Shown: positions 38,531-51,796, numbered from the whole stretch's first letter. The stretch: 63,690 nt of DNA, filler included, from Choristocarpus tenellus KU-1152 (GCA_964200185.2; 8 parts of 8 records of this genome joined end to end with filler, not necessarily neighbours in it), one strand, 5' to 3'. The notes: generated by a model not told the origin, from the letters alone. Translations and numbers: made by a program.

Positions 38531-38860
38531 CAGTTCCCCCATCGAACTCCTACAGTGCCCCACAGGTCTTCGCCCAGGCATTACCAACAATAACGCCTCC
38601 ACACACTCGTTCGCACACTTCCGAGAAACCCATTGTTCAACCACCTCCCCAGATACACGTTCCCCACCCCCTGCACTTCACCACAGCTGGGCTTGGCCAA
38701 CAAGAGCAGCACCAACATCCAGCCTGATACTAACACAGTTTTGATGAAAGCAAGGATGGCCTGTTCTCCTGGAGTGACCAGAGGAAGGAGAAGTACTTTT
38801 CGTAGCCGGGTGATATTGCTTGAGGCTAGAGTGGATGTTGAAAAGGCTTGGTGGAGTAGT
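38531..38860 (-). mobile_element. Degenerate CRE-like LINE 3' end (second family)
   Basis: KQYHP../LLLPLVTPGEQAILAFIK pattern resembling the end of a CRE RLE domain. Confidence 0.35.
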
Positions 38861-39199
38861 ATGTTATACTGAAAATGATTTACAGCAATATATCCAATCT
38901 GAACGATACCGCAAATGGTATTATTCAAGGCCATACTGTACCCCCGAATAAAACACAACCCGTTTGAAAAACGCTGGCCTGATATCAACATCATACATCA
39001 GTACGATTGACAACACTAACAATATAAAGACAATAGAACTGCCTCAATTGAAACTTCAACCAATCGAAATACCTTCCACCCTCTGAATATGATCACCTCT
39101 ACACATACATACAACAAAAATACAACTACCACAAGTTAACAATAAAAATGGGATGAAAACAGGGTTTACAGAAGGGATAAAAACACTACACTAATGCAA

Positions 39200-39700
39200 T
39201 GTGCACAAGAAAGGTTCAACCGTTCAACATGCAGGATACATACACCTGCCAATAACTGCTGCATAAAAAAGGGAATACTCGAGCATGACGACAGCAAGAC
39301 ATACGCGAGTTGGATAGCAGGAAGCGTAACTGAAAATTCAAACAGATATTCCCTCGTACCGCCTGATGATAGGCTGTAATAGTACTGCACCATATACTAA
39401 TAGAGGCGACAAGTAGTAATAGTTTGTATTTTCTTTTGAACTTTGGTAAGAGTCAGGCCTATACTTAAGAGTGGTCTCTGAATGAAATCGATGAATGATC
39501 TTGAGCCAGTCAGAACATTGAGTTCTATACTCTTGTGGCAGGAGGTATATGGATAGGACCAGTCCATTTTTACAAGTGGCACTTCGTCTGCGTGTAGCTT
39601 GTTGTTGGAGATATCGTTTGTGAGTGCACAGAACAACAAAGCAGTCAAAATATCCTAACGGTATATCTGGCGCACAGGAAATAGATCAGGCCAAACTCTT
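39200..39700 (-). mobile_element. Degenerate Copia GAG-pre-integrase/integrase start
   Basis: SPLLVY / SLSSGGTREYLFEFS resembling the Copia PLxLVxxD..SxGGxRY..F motif. Confidence 0.3.
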
Positions 39701-41284
39701 GTCCTGCTACACCAGGGCGCTAGGCTGTAGGAGACCGTGTAATAGGCCACGAGAACCATGCTCTCCATCCCTCGTATTGTACAGTTCTCTCTCTCTCTCT
39801 AAGAGGGTAATGCACAATACATGTATGTATGTATGTATGTATGTATGTATTATCTATTTTCTATTCATGCATGTGCTACTTTGCATATATTATGGCCATG
39901 TGGGTGTATGTGGACCTCGGCACAATCCTTCTGCAATACTAGGAAGATAAGAGGGGAAGATGCCTTCCTGTTAAGGTTAGGGATTGCCAATCCCTTTGTT
40001 TGTGGACAGACGTATATAGATCATGCGTTACATGCAGGTGGCACCCCTTGCACATTTCATCCCCTTCACTCAGAGGTAAGGGATTGACACTATATCAAGC
40101 CTACTTATCTTTGACAAGTAAGTAACCCGACTGGTTTCTGGTCATTCCCTTTAAGCGCAACCTTTGTATAGTGCCTTCTTTTGCGCTTTCTCTGTATAAT
40201 AGTTTCAATATCGGCACGTCTCATTGGCCCCGAGCAAGAAATGAAGGAGGACATGACCTGATTCGATTATTCTCCAAGATGCTGTACACTTCTTCCGCTA
40301 TCGTTTGGGGAGGGGGGAGATGGGAGGGTATGACTGACCACCAAAACTAGACCCAGTCAATCCAACGTGACCAGAAATGGACCAGAACAATTGCTCCTAC
40401 TGCAGTACTTGCTTCTGCCATACTGCTGTGACTTCCCCATGAACGTATTTTAAACCCGTATTTTCGTTGCTGTCAATACGATGGAAGTATCTCAATCGAG
40501 TATGTAAAGAAAAGCTATTTATGTAACAAAATATGTATATTTGTGTAATATTTGCCAATAGAACAAAGACATGTACATGACACATGAAGGTATTATGGAA
40601 TTATGAAGGAGAGCTGTATACAAAGAAGCGTAGCTGATGGTGTGAACAATGAACATATGTGCAGCATCATGTGAGTGGTATGCTACTTCACTAGTTTTGA
40701 AACTGGTTGTTGCTGTGTTGGTATTATATGTTGAACACAAGGTTTGCCCCCCTAAGCATATTAATGAAAAAATGGGATTGCCTTGCACACATGTCACCGC
40801 AGCTCATACAACCTCACGTAGTCAATTCGTTTACAATATCGACACCCTTACTCTATTCTAGGGGTTGGTATTGGGCCACCCCAAGGCCTTACCACTCCAA
40901 CTTAAGTAGAGTGTAGTTTGGGTTCTTTAATCAGTGACAGTCTCGTTTGCTTGACCTCTTACCTTTGACAGTATGTTGAAGATATCTATGTTCTTTCTTG
41001 TCATGGTTTGTCAGTGCACAGTCTCCATTAGCCACCATCGCCCATCCTTCAAGATTGCAGTACTATCACCACGACTAAGGTTTGGGTCAGCCTAATTATA
41101 TCAATATATCTAACTGCTCGGATTTGTCTCAGCTTTCACTTACCACCCTGTCAACAGCAGCGGCTCACCTAGTACAAGAGTCTCGTGATCGCACGCTACG
41201 CCAACCAGTCAGTAGTAGGTAGACCCCTCTCTTTAGTTTGAGTCCCTTTGTTCACCTACCATAGACGTGGTGCATTGGTTGATC

Positions 41285-41591
41285 TGTAGATATAACGCGG
41301 ATGTGAAAAGGATAAGGGAAGCAATTTTTTTAACAGTAGCGCTGAAAGTATTTAACATGTATGTGTTGAGAAAGAGGGATACAAGTCAACGTTTAAAAAA
41401 CACGATTAGCCAGTCGCTTTGAGACATAAAATAGTAGACTTGTTTATTCTGATTGTTGAAGAGGGCGAAAAAGGAAGAATCCCTAACACTAACACCGCGC
41501 GCAACCACACGATAGTTCTAGAGAGGGTAGAAATAGTTGAGAGAAGCCCAGCATCCAGATATCGAGCCAGGTCGTGCCAGTTTGTGCGTCA
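41285..41591 (-). mobile_element. Probable LTR with adjacent internal sequence up to the contig end
   Basis: Minus strand TGACGCAC...TATCTACA, containing AATAAA and preceded by purine-rich AAGTAGTCGGG (PPT-like). Confidence 0.5.
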
Positions 41592-42378
41592 CCCGACTAC
41601 TTGTGCAGCACCTTTGATTATACTTTCCTCAGGTATAGGGTCAATTCGCTGATCTTCTCCTTTTCTTGCGTCCTGGCAACCCACGCGGCGAACCCAGTGA
41701 GACTGATCAGATCGTAGTCTGTGCAGGTAGCTGAGGAAGGAGGTTTGTGGGCGATGTCAGCCACTGGGCTTGCAATCGATGGAGATCGGACGTCTGGTCA
41801 GGTGTGATGTCACAATCTCTTTGATGGTATCCTGGATCCAATAACGTTTCCTACCTGTCACCCTTGGTGATGAAGAACACTGACCATCCACCCAATTCCT
41901 CGAGGTNNNNNNNNNNNNNNNNNNNNNNNNNNNNNNNNNNNNNNNNNNNNTTAATTAATTAANNNNNNNNNNNNNNNNNNNNNNNNNNNNNNNNNNNNNN
42001 NNNNNNGGGGAAGAAAAAGGGGCAGGGAAAGGGGGGAAGATGAGACTGTAGGGGTACGGGCTCTCCTCCTGGGGAGGGCAAACGACCAAGAAGAGGAGTG
42101 TGCGGGCATGGGGAGGAGGGCGCCAACTATGAAGCTCATTCACAGTGAACGGTCAAGGAAGGACTCACACCGTGGACAACACAGCCATTCCACCGCCAAG
42201 TCACTGAAGCTGGGTCGCTTACTCTGTGAGTTGAAATGGAATGGCAAGGATCAAGGTCCTCAAATCGTGGACTTGAGCGATGGATGGGAGGGATCGAAAA
42301 TAAGTTAGGACGGATATCTGCATATTCATATGTACATGGTAGACTCGAACCTAGGTATCAAGTATGGGCTCAAAAGAT

Positions 42379-42426
42379 TGGATGGATGGATGGATGGATG
42401 GGTGGATGGGTGGATGGATGGATGGA
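42379..42426. repeat. (GGAT)n microsatellite
   Basis: About 11 tggatgga units with GGGT variants. Confidence 0.95.
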
Positions 42427-42449
42427 AGTATGACTTTATGATGCTTATC

Positions 42450-43560
42450 CTGAAATCTATTTCAGACAGGATGGATACCCCCAAATGGTTCTCAATGGCT
42501 GGAAAGGAGTAAGATGGACCCCGTACGTGGCAGAGATTTACCACAAGGGGATAGGGTAGGCTTATGATATTATATGAGTATATCACAAGGGAATAGGGCA
42601 GGCTCTACCAAAGGCGCTTTAGGGCTGGAGAGGGACAGGTTATTAGATGCCAGCAATTTGCTGCAAAGAGGTAGGATGGGTATGGTGGGGTCCCCTGTGG
42701 CAATGACACGATGCAAGGTGATTCTATGCCCCCCCCCAAAGGTACTTGGGTGCTTGAAGGGGGTATTATGGCCCTACCCAAGGGCAATTCGGTGCTGGAA
42801 GGGGGTTGGATCCCCCCTCCCAAAGGTGCGTCAGTGCTGGAAGGGATAGGATGGGTAGGATGCTCCACCCCAGGAATGTGCTGCGAGGGGATAGGATAGG
42901 CGTCCCAAATGGCACGTCTTCTTGGAGGAAGAAGGATAGATCCTATTGATAGCAGCGACACACCACCAGAGGATAGGGTGGATCATGCGATCAGCAGGTT
43001 ACTGCTGAGGGAGGTAAGGATAAATTGTCTCACTGGCAAGGATTCGCCATTCGAGGGTATGGTGAGTCCCCTCAAATGCGCAGGGTTGCTGGAAGGGGGT
43101 AGAATGTGTCCTCTAGATAACATCCATGTACCACAAATGGGAAGGGGGGGGGTCTCATTGGCACTAATTTCCCCTCTAGTAGAACTTTTGATGGGAAGGA
43201 GGACAGGGCGGCCACATTATTAGTGTGTGGTAATTCGCACAAACATAGTGACGGGTGGCGTCAGTTGTGGTTCACAGCTAGGGATGCCCTCGTACAAAAA
43301 ATTGTCAAGAAGAGAGGAAGGGCAGGTGGCCCTGAAAACGATGGTGGGGAATGTTACAACGTTACTCTACCACAATCGGAGGCATATGGAACGGCTAATA
43401 CAGGAAATTGGTGGTGCACTGTTGGCACCCCATACTAGTGTGAAGAGCATAAAATCCTTGTCGGGATGGACACAATTTCCAGGTATGGAAAGTCTTCTTC
43501 GGGTAGCAGTTAGGGGTACACGTGCTGGTAGACGTCACAGGTATTGAGGAATTAGTAGAA
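42450..43560 (-). mobile_element. Copia-like integrase-RT linker relic with 45-bp coding repeats
   Basis: KLCPSRQGFY and SNVVTF (SH3-like KLxPRA..SRNVTF), then three PSSTxxPLGxxIxP units at about 42715-42845. Confidence 0.4.
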
Positions 43561-44208
43561 GCCCTACGGTGTGGAAATCATCTTAGTACACTACTACACA
43601 AAAATATCATATGGACAAATGCAATATAAGTTGTATGCATGGGGAGGACAGTAGTATTTAAAAAAATCAGTTGTCCAATCAATGGCTGGCATCGGGACAT
43701 CTCGAATCACGGTTGTAGAGGAAGGACAAAATTCAGGTGTTCATGTTGAGAGGTACTCAGCAAACTTATTTGAGTGTTTAATGTAATGTAGTACATGCAG
43801 CAGGGGAAAAAAATCGTATAAAATAAAATAAACTCCAGAAAGGGACGTTTTTAGATCTCCAAAGAATGTTTACTGTTTCTAGAGTTCGAAGCTTGAAGGA
43901 TCTTGAATTTGGGAATGGTTCTAGACGTCTGTAGTATAGGGTTCTAGATTTCTACAGGCGAACAAGAGGGAGGCTTACATCCTCACTTCCAGTCTCAACC
44001 TACCTGCCTTGGAGTTCTGCCTGGAGGAATTGATGTAGGTGTGGTTTAGTAGGAAAGATTAATTGAATGAATAATAACGTATGAAGTTAAACATGTTGGA
44101 CTTCTGAGACACACCTGAGACTCATCAACAGTCAAAGAGGAAGTTGTGTCAGCAAGCGGCCTGTTTGAAAACATTATAAAATGAAAACTGCTGTTGGCAA
44201 ATGATACT

Positions 44209-44729
44209 GAGTCAAATCAACTGAGAGGTAGGCAGGGTAGTACTTTAGGCATCCTGAGAAAGGGCAAATATATGTCATTTTTCTCAATTAATTGCAGAAA
44301 GAACTTTGAGTAAAAAAAATTAAGGGGGTAGGGCCGCGTCTGTTCGGGGTCATAAATCCAATGTTGCGATTTTGATTAATTTCGACTATCGTGTTTGTTA
44401 GCAAGTGTCAATACCCTTGTTCCAGACACACCTTTCTTTCATAGTCGTAGACATTGTAGATAACTGTGTTCACACAGAAAACCGAAAAACCAAGCGCGGG
44501 AAGACAAGCCCTAAACGGAAAAAACAGCGCGAAGCTCCTAATCTCTTAAATGCTTTGGGTCTTCTACTGAATTGTGATCTCACCTTGTGTGGGGAAAGGG
44601 AGAATATCAATTTTGCGTGGACTATTGTGCACACAAAAGCAACGGAATAGAGTGTATTGCACAGGGTAAAAAATATGGCTTAGAATGCAGAAGGGTCCAA
44701 ACTTGCCTACCTCTCAATTGTTTTGGCTC
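44209..44729. mobile_element. MITE, GAG-TIR clan, family D, hosting a nested family A' copy
   Basis: GAGTCAAATCAACTGAGAGGTAGG...CCTACCTCTCAATTGTTTTGGCTC; TSD act/act. Confidence 0.85.
44308..44561. mobile_element. MITE, family A' (nested)
   Basis: Colinear with 23776-24033; flanks ttt/ttc. Confidence 0.85.
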
Positions 44730-45501
44730 ACTTTCATTGGTTCGCAAAGAGTTAGCATGTCGAGGGAAGTTTTTCGATGGAATAGCTTGCTGAGATGATC
44801 AGCGTGGGTATACAGCACAGCAGCAGCAACAGCAGCACTAATAGCAAAAGCAAGAGCTACAAACGCCGCTGAGAGGGGAGAGTTTGAACCTGAACGTGGA
44901 GCTGCAGCACCTCTCAGGACAACGAGAGGACTTACGGAACTGGCACAAGATGTGTACCCCTCAATCCAACATCAAACCATGCTATCTGACCTAGTAGTGT
45001 ACAGTGTTAAAGAAAAAACAGCACGTTATGTGGAAGCCCTATCCCGGACAAGTTATGGACCAAATGCTGGCTCCCGAACGTTGTCTGGACAACGGATGTT
45101 GTAGAGCAAAATGACCCTAACATTTGAACAACGTATGTCATAAACCGAATATTGATGGACATTCTAGGGTAACACTGGCGTTGAGTGCTACGTTGTCCAA
45201 GGAATAAAAAAAGCTCCATCAATTAATCTGTTTTTGTCCCATTTGACACACTTTGGCCCTTGAACAAATGTCGTGGTTTGGGTCAAAATTTGGACCAATA
45301 CTTGGCCTACAATCCAGATCTCTTGGGCATTTGGATGTGTTCAATGTACTGGAAGGGCAAGACCTCAAGGTCGGGATGGACGACTTCAACCTCCCTAAGC
45401 AGTGAGTATACCACTCGTCACCACTTCCAATGGAATCGTTTTCAAGATCGTGTGGGGTGCTGAATCACTAAGTGAAGCTTGACGACAGCTGAGTCAGTAC
45501 T

Positions 45502-45638
45502 GAGCCAATCCAACTAAGTGTCAAGCGACATAACAATTAAGCAAAGGCTCTTTCTGCGATTGTGCAGAATGACGTATTTTTGCCCTTTCCCAGGATCCCT
45601 AAGATGCAACCCTACCTATCTCTCAATTGGTTTGGCTC
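45502..45638. mobile_element. MITE, family D short copy
   Basis: GAGCCAATCCAACT...TCTCAATTGGTTTGGCTC; TSD act/act. Confidence 0.8.
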
Positions 45639-45945
45639 ACTACTGCGCAGAGGGATTCAGCAAACTATCTCATGAGTTACATCTCTCCTACACAAAATAT
45701 GGTACACCTCACTATTGTCCTATTTTGCACACTCCCCATGAGAGTGCAGGCAATGAAGGGTTGCAGGAACTCTCAAACCTAAAACGTCTTATTCTACACA
45801 CTCCCCCATGAGAGTGGAAATAGAAAAGAAAATGGTTCAACTCTCACACACATCATATTTATCCTGTCAATGCAGTAAAAGAACACAGATTGCTTTAACT
45901 CTAACACACGACATTCATCTAGTCAATACAGTGTCTACAAAGTCT

Positions 45946-46124
45946 GACCCAAAGTATCTGGGAGGGGGAGGAGGTCTACACCAGGGTGTCCATTTGGCCC
46001 AAAATCAGGAAAAGTGCATTTACATTATCCATCCGACGAATGCAACCAAACCACCCAAAAATGGCGGCATGAAAAAATTGACCCCAAATGGACAGCCGCC
46101 ATCCCCCCTCAGCTACTTCGGGTG
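45946..46124. mobile_element. MITE, family B (inverted relative to 36018)
   Basis: GACCCAAAGTATCTGGGAGG...CTCAGCTACTTCGGGTG; TSD tct/tct. Confidence 0.87.
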
Positions 46125-46297
46125 TCTTATTGTATCTGCTCCTTTAGATGTACCAGAACATTGATGTACAATCCAATCGTGTCCCGTGGTGATCCCTCGT
46201 TTAGTGTATGGGTGAAAATTTGAACCATCCCCCTTCTGCTGTTTCTCTTGTTGGACGTATCACTCACTCTCCCAGGCTTGAAGCCTGTCTATAGGAG

Positions 46298-46920
46298 TAG
46301 ATATTATTTACTTCCTAGACATACAAGTCTTGTGCAGGCAGCTATTTGCTGACAACCTTCCTCGCCAGGGTGCCTCTAATATAGAAGATGGTCTTGATGG
46401 TCTGGATTAGATATTATTTACTCCCCAGACTCACAAGTCTTGTGCAGGCAGCCCTTTGCTGACAACCTTCCTCTGGTTTTCTTTTCTGGCTCCAACCCTG
46501 GTCCAGCTAATTCCTCCGCCTGTTTAGACGGTGTCGCTCTCCTTTGGCGAGCAACGATCTGAAGGTGTCCTTTATCTCCACAGTTGTAGCGCATTGCTTC
46601 GAAAGAATAAGGACCAATATGTTTGATCAGTCCACAGTTTAAACATCTTCTATTGGTCCTGATCTCGTCTCTGGTAGGGGATTCTGTTGTAATATGGTCC
46701 GTACCTTGACCAGTTGTACCTTGGCCGTCTCCTCCGCTGACTTCTGTGTTCTTTTCTATGAGTTATGGTCCCAGCGGCTAGAGTATTCCCAGGCTCCCCA
46801 CGGTTAACTCCTCCTTTCCCTTCTGGTGGAGGCTTAGTTACTGCTCCTGCTAATGTCCTGCTCCCCTAGTGGCAGGTACAGCAATTGCTTTTCTCATTCC
46901 GTAAGCAAGAATCTTGTCAC
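46298..46920 (-). mobile_element. LTR-retrotransposon gag relic with two decayed CCHC knuckles
   Basis: RRCLNCGLIKHIGPYS / RYNCGDKGHLQ at about 46555-46650; about 65-bp direct repeat at 46298-46362 and 46408-46473. Confidence 0.6.
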
Positions 46921-46966
46921 AGGGTCCCAGTGCTCAATATTCGGCATAACATATCAGGTACCCAAA

Positions 46967-47158
46967 GAGTGAAAGTATCTTAGAGGGTACGAGTTTTGCC
47001 CTTTTTGTCCATTTGGGGCCTGACTTCCCATAGCGTATTTTTTTGACATTTTCCTACTCCAAAATGTTTCGGAGTAGGTAAAATGTGTAAGTCATGAAAA
47101 GGTGTGTTCGGAACAAGGATATTGACACTTACTAACAAACACGATAGCCAAAATTACA
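46967..47158. mobile_element. MITE, family A (truncated by gap)
   Basis: GAGTGAAAGTATCTTAGAGGGTACGAG; colinear with 24656-24915. Confidence 0.88.
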
Positions 47159-47614
47159 NNNNNNNNNNNNNNNNNNNNNNNNNNNNNNNNNNNNNNNNNN
47201 NNTTAATTAATTAANNNNNNNNNNNNNNNNNNNNNNNNNNNNNNNNNNNNNNNNNNNNGTAGAAATTATTAGAATAGTAGTAAAAAGAAATCTGACTAAT
47301 TCAAAATCTTGTTTTTTACGTTTCTCTTTTTAAGTATATAGAAGAGAAATAGTAAATAAATTTAATAGAAGGAACTAACGCTGGTATAGAATCACAAGCA
47401 GGTAGAAGGGAAGAGAGAGTGGTATGACTATGATGACAGTGACAGCTACTCATTGTGTTTGCGTGTATTAATAGCTACAGTTGCTATTAGCATACGTTGT
47501 TGTGAGGATTTTGGACTGTTTGTTCTTTTGTTGATCCTCCATTTCGATTGCACTGTTGTTGCCATTGCATTACAATTGTTGGCTTTGTATCTTGATGTTG
47601 GTGCGCTCTTTCAG

Positions 47615-50600
47615 GTGAATCCTTCACCCATCTCCGAAGTACTTCAATCTTTAGGATATGATGTACTGGTCAAGATCAAGGCCCTTGATGACGTAAGTTT
47701 GTGTGTATGCATGTATATACGTATGTACATGTTAATGTGGTGATTCAAACATTCTGTTCGATAAAAGCACAGGTTACAACTTGATGAAAGAAGAGGAGAG
47801 AAATATAGACCAGACAGGTATGGATTAGCTGATCCAGTTTTCGTTTTGTTTGGTGTGGATCAAGTGAATTTCAACAAATTTTAGTTAGTCCTTCTAGCCT
47901 TACTGATTGATGTTTGCCCTCCTACGCTCTATTGAGACTATTGTGTAGTAGAAGTATAGTAGTAGATGAATCTGATGTGAATAATGTAACACATAATACT
48001 TTGATAAGGGATGCTTTGGGGCCCAACTTGGGGCTATTTCACCAACTAATATGCTACTTTGATTTTTAATAGCAAGGCCAAACATATCGTAACTAGCTAC
48101 AAGTATCATAGTCTTTCAATCCTCCCCAACCTTTTCTGCATGGCTGGTCGTATTGAAAAACATCAAAAAAAGGTTCAAATGGAAGAATCCCTTGATATAG
48201 TTTGATGTCATTAATTCTTAACATGTCCACACGTTCCTGGTAGCATGAGAAACAAGTTCACTATTGTTCATGATTGAGTAATAGAGTCCATATTTCATAG
48301 CAGAGTGGATCAGTTACTTCATATTTATCAGCACATAATGTAAATGTGCAAGTTCTAGACTTCTCTATTAACATATTTTTTAAATTCCAATATTTGGAGG
48401 GAATAGACACCACATACTTGCAGCATCTAGCTGGATATTCTACCAGCAAGTTATGGTCCTGCAAAAGGATGACACACAGTAAGTTTTGTTTTGAGTGAAA
48501 GTATCTTAGGGTTAGGGTACGAATTTTTCCCTATTTATCCATGTGGGGCTTGGCTTCCCACAGGGTTTTAATGACATTTTACCTACTCCATAATGTTTCG
48601 GAGTAGGTAAAATGTATACGTTATGAAAAGAAGTGTCCAGACAAGGATACTGATATCTCCTAACAAACATGATAGCCAAAATTAGATTAAAATTGCAACG
48701 TTGGATTTTGGTCCCCAAATAGATGCGACTCTAACCTGTAAGATACTCTAACTCTTCAGAAGCGTTGTGACAGAAGTGTCTACCAAGGATCTAGTTGTAA
48801 CAGTATCCTTTGATGGCTCAAGGTATCTGGGGGTGGTGAAGGCTGTCCATTCAGGGCCCATTTTTCCATGTCACGATTTTTGAGTGAATTTGGTTGCATG
48901 CGTTGGATGGATAATATCTTAGTCAGGACCCGAATAGACACCCCCCAGATCTTTGACCTGATCTTCTTTTGGTATATTGATTCATTAAGCGTACACTGAG
49001 GTGACATGTCCCAATTATTTCAATCGTTGTGCCCGACCCATGCAACACCATAGAGAATGCCTTGAAGATCTATCTATGAACTTAAAATGAACTCTTGTCA
49101 ATAATGGGATCACGTTGCTGTCGCCACAACTATCTGTGCCCACAAGATTAAATCCTCTTGTTGAGGACTGTTGCACTCGATCGAAGTTTGTACTCATACT
49201 TGTTCAATTTTATTAATGGTATTTTGGAGGTCGCTCCTTAATGTGCTGCAGATTGACTATGTGCTTGGAGCCCTGTGAAAGAAATATTCTGACTTGTCAA
49301 AATGCCATTTAAAGTTCTTGAATGATCATAATAACCATGTGTTTGCTTCTTTTGTTTTTCAAAATTATCCAAGCGCTTATTTCGAAGCATTTATATCTTA
49401 CACTTGCAGTAGGATTGACCTGATAAATTTCATGCATATGCTCAAACAGTTAACTGTACAAGGTTGGGTTGAGCGGGTGGTCTCCTTGTTAGTCTGGTCA
49501 GCTCGAGTTTGAAGTGGTTTGCCAATTATAGTGTATTATTGATTGACTTTTTAAAGGGAAACACCATTGCAATAACCACCGTTCAATATATTGTGTTGTT
49601 GCAAACAGACTTACTTGATGCTTTCTTTTTCTTGTTTTGATGTTGTCTCTCAATGACAGCTTCTGGTAGAGTATGGAAATAAGTCAGTGTTGGCGCAGTT
49701 TGTAATGTCCCAGACGTGCAAGCAACACTTTGAAGGGGCTGACAAAGCCGTGCAGAAGGCCCTGGCCGCTCTTGATGTGAGTGTCCTCCAATAAGAACAG
49801 AAATGTTTTCTGTAGAATGCATCAGAGAATAGAGCACATACCTCTTCTTTTTCTCCTAATTCTTCATTGATTGCTATTTGATACGCTTCTTTACCTTCCG
49901 GGGCTCAGAGTCCTATAGGGTTAGAGCAAAGACTGTTTTGAGGTTTAGAAAGGCTGCTTTTCAATTGTGTTTTTAGAATACAAAGATGTTCCAATGAAGG
50001 CATTGATGAGGACAAGCTGCTTCTGCAAACTGATGTACCCAAATGTTTGCCAAAATGCATTCGGCAACTGAGTGTTCCCAAAACGTTTTCCACCAGAAAG
50101 TCAGAATGGCCCGCAAATTCTTTTCCTTGGTTGATTTGACCGTCAACCTGACTCTCTTGATCTTGTTGTCGGTAACGTTTTAAGTATGAAATGCAAGTAT
50201 CATAAAGGGTACAATTCTTGCCCTGTTTGTCCGTTTGGGGCTTAGCTTCCCACAGGACGTTTTTGACATTTCACGTACTCCGAAATGTTTTAGAGTAGAT
50301 ACAATGTATACATGATGAAAAGGTGTGTCCGAACAAAGATAGTGACACTTCCTAACAAACATGATAGCCAAAATTACATCAAAATTGCAAAGTTGTATTT
50401 TGGCCCCCAAATGGACGCAGCTGTACACTCTAAGATACTTTGAGCGAAGTCCTCTTTTGGGTGGGCCAATGACAATACCTGGAAAATTACCATTTCCCAC
50501 CTGCTGAGGAATCAGAGGTTGTCCGCATGGGTGTGGATCTCAATCTCTTTTCCTCTGACAAATCAGACTTTCAAGTTGCAACTTTACACACTGTGGTCAG

Positions 50601-51096
50601 TTTTTCGGAAAATCATACACTCTGTTCCACCTGTTCAACTTCAAATTGCAACCCTATTAATCAGGCCTCTCTGGCTTGTGTCCACACTCTGCCCTCAACC
50701 CAGCACCTTGTATGTAATCATGACATAAGCAATATTTCTGTGTAAGGTGAAGGCTAACGTGTATAATATTATGGTTGATGTGCACCTTGCCCATCCCAAA
50801 CCAACTGCCTATCCAAGGTGGGTTTAAGTGTTGAGCTGCTGGGGAATGTTCTTGAAATTGATGGGAAGGCTGACATGATCATAGCGGGGCAGATACGACA
50901 GGAGGCTGCTGCCAAGGAACAGATGGAGATGTTTGAGATTCGGTTGTCGCAGTTCAGCCACATGTTGGAAGGTGCTCTTAGTGGGTCTAGTGCCATGGAC
51001 AAGACGGTGAGAGTCAAGGAGGATACGGTGAAAGTCAAGGAGGACATGACGAAGGTCAAGGAGGAGCGCATAAAGAGACTCGAGAAGCTTCAGATT
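47615..51096 (+). CDS. Two-exon fragment (47615-47692, 50818-51096) of an unknown helical/coiled-coil protein; both ends cut by contig limits
   Basis: TTTCAG|VNPSPISEVLQSLGYDVLVKIKALDD|GTAAGT, then AAG|VGLSVELLGNVLEIDGK..VKEDTVKVKEDMTKVKEERIKRLEKLQI, open to the gap; phase 0-0 compatible. Confidence 0.6.
48493..48754. mobile_element. MITE, family A
   Basis: GAGTGAAAGTATCTTAGGG...GTAAGATACTCTAACTC; flanks ttt/ttc. Confidence 0.87.
48815..48959. mobile_element. MITE, family B (internally shortened)
   Basis: GGCTCAAGGTATCTGGGGG...CCCCCCAGATCTTTGACCT; TSD gat/gat. Confidence 0.85.
48960..49500 (-). pseudogene. Sola-like DDD transposase relic
   Basis: LVGTDSCGDSN followed across a frameshift by WVGHND*NNWD. 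Confidence 0.35.
50189..50445. mobile_element. MITE, family A (decayed ends)
   Basis: Internal sequence colinear with the other family A copies; ends ...CTCTAAGATACTTTGAGC. Confidence 0.85.
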
Positions 51097-51196
51097 NNNN
51101 NNNNNNNNNNNNNNNNNNNNNNNNNNNNNNNNNNNNNNNNTTAATTAATTAANNNNNNNNNNNNNNNNNNNNNNNNNNNNNNNNNNNNNNNNNNNN

Positions 51197-51285
51197 ACAA
51201 AAATAAACAAAAAAAAAAAAAAACAAAAAAAGGATGAAAAACGGCCCCCCCCCCCCCCCCCCCCCCCCCCCAGATACTTTGACCA
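51197..51285. mobile_element. MITE, family B' end fragment
   Basis: ggatgaaaaacgg-polyC-AGATACTTTGACC. Confidence 0.7.
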
Positions 51286-51796
51286 AGTATACTTTGGCTC
51301 ACTGCATCTACCGTTGTGAAATTTAGAGAACGTGTGGTTGTAGTGTGGCAGGACTCTTTCCTTGAGAATTATTTGACTGAGCTCACCATGCTACCCGAAC
51401 TTCCTGAGAAGAGCAAGGACCACCTGCTTCTACTGGAGGATGGAAAAGGCACAGGGTAAAAGAAATATGCTATGCAAGAGAGGAAAGAGTTCCAAGTATG
51501 GGCCGGGAAGACGATGGGCGAGGTCCTCCAGCCATAGCATAGGGGCAGGGAGAAAGGTGGCAAGACATGACATTTTTTGAAGTGAGAGGTTGAAAGGTGA
51601 ACCATACACGACTCCTTTGACCAATAGTTGAATGCGGTCGGCTAGCAGGTCTCATAGGAGATCCCCTTCCACCATATTCACATGTCTTTGAGTACGGATA
51701 CTTGAAGGTTCGGCCTCTGCATATTGTAGAAAAATTCAACCAATGATTGCGCCTCTGTACAGGCATCTCTCATACACAAGATCGCGAACTCATCAC

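Noticed and set aside
45000-45470. Possible pogo DDE_1 remnant (NTSKCPRDLD)
   Set aside because: A single weak motif, too degenerate to support.
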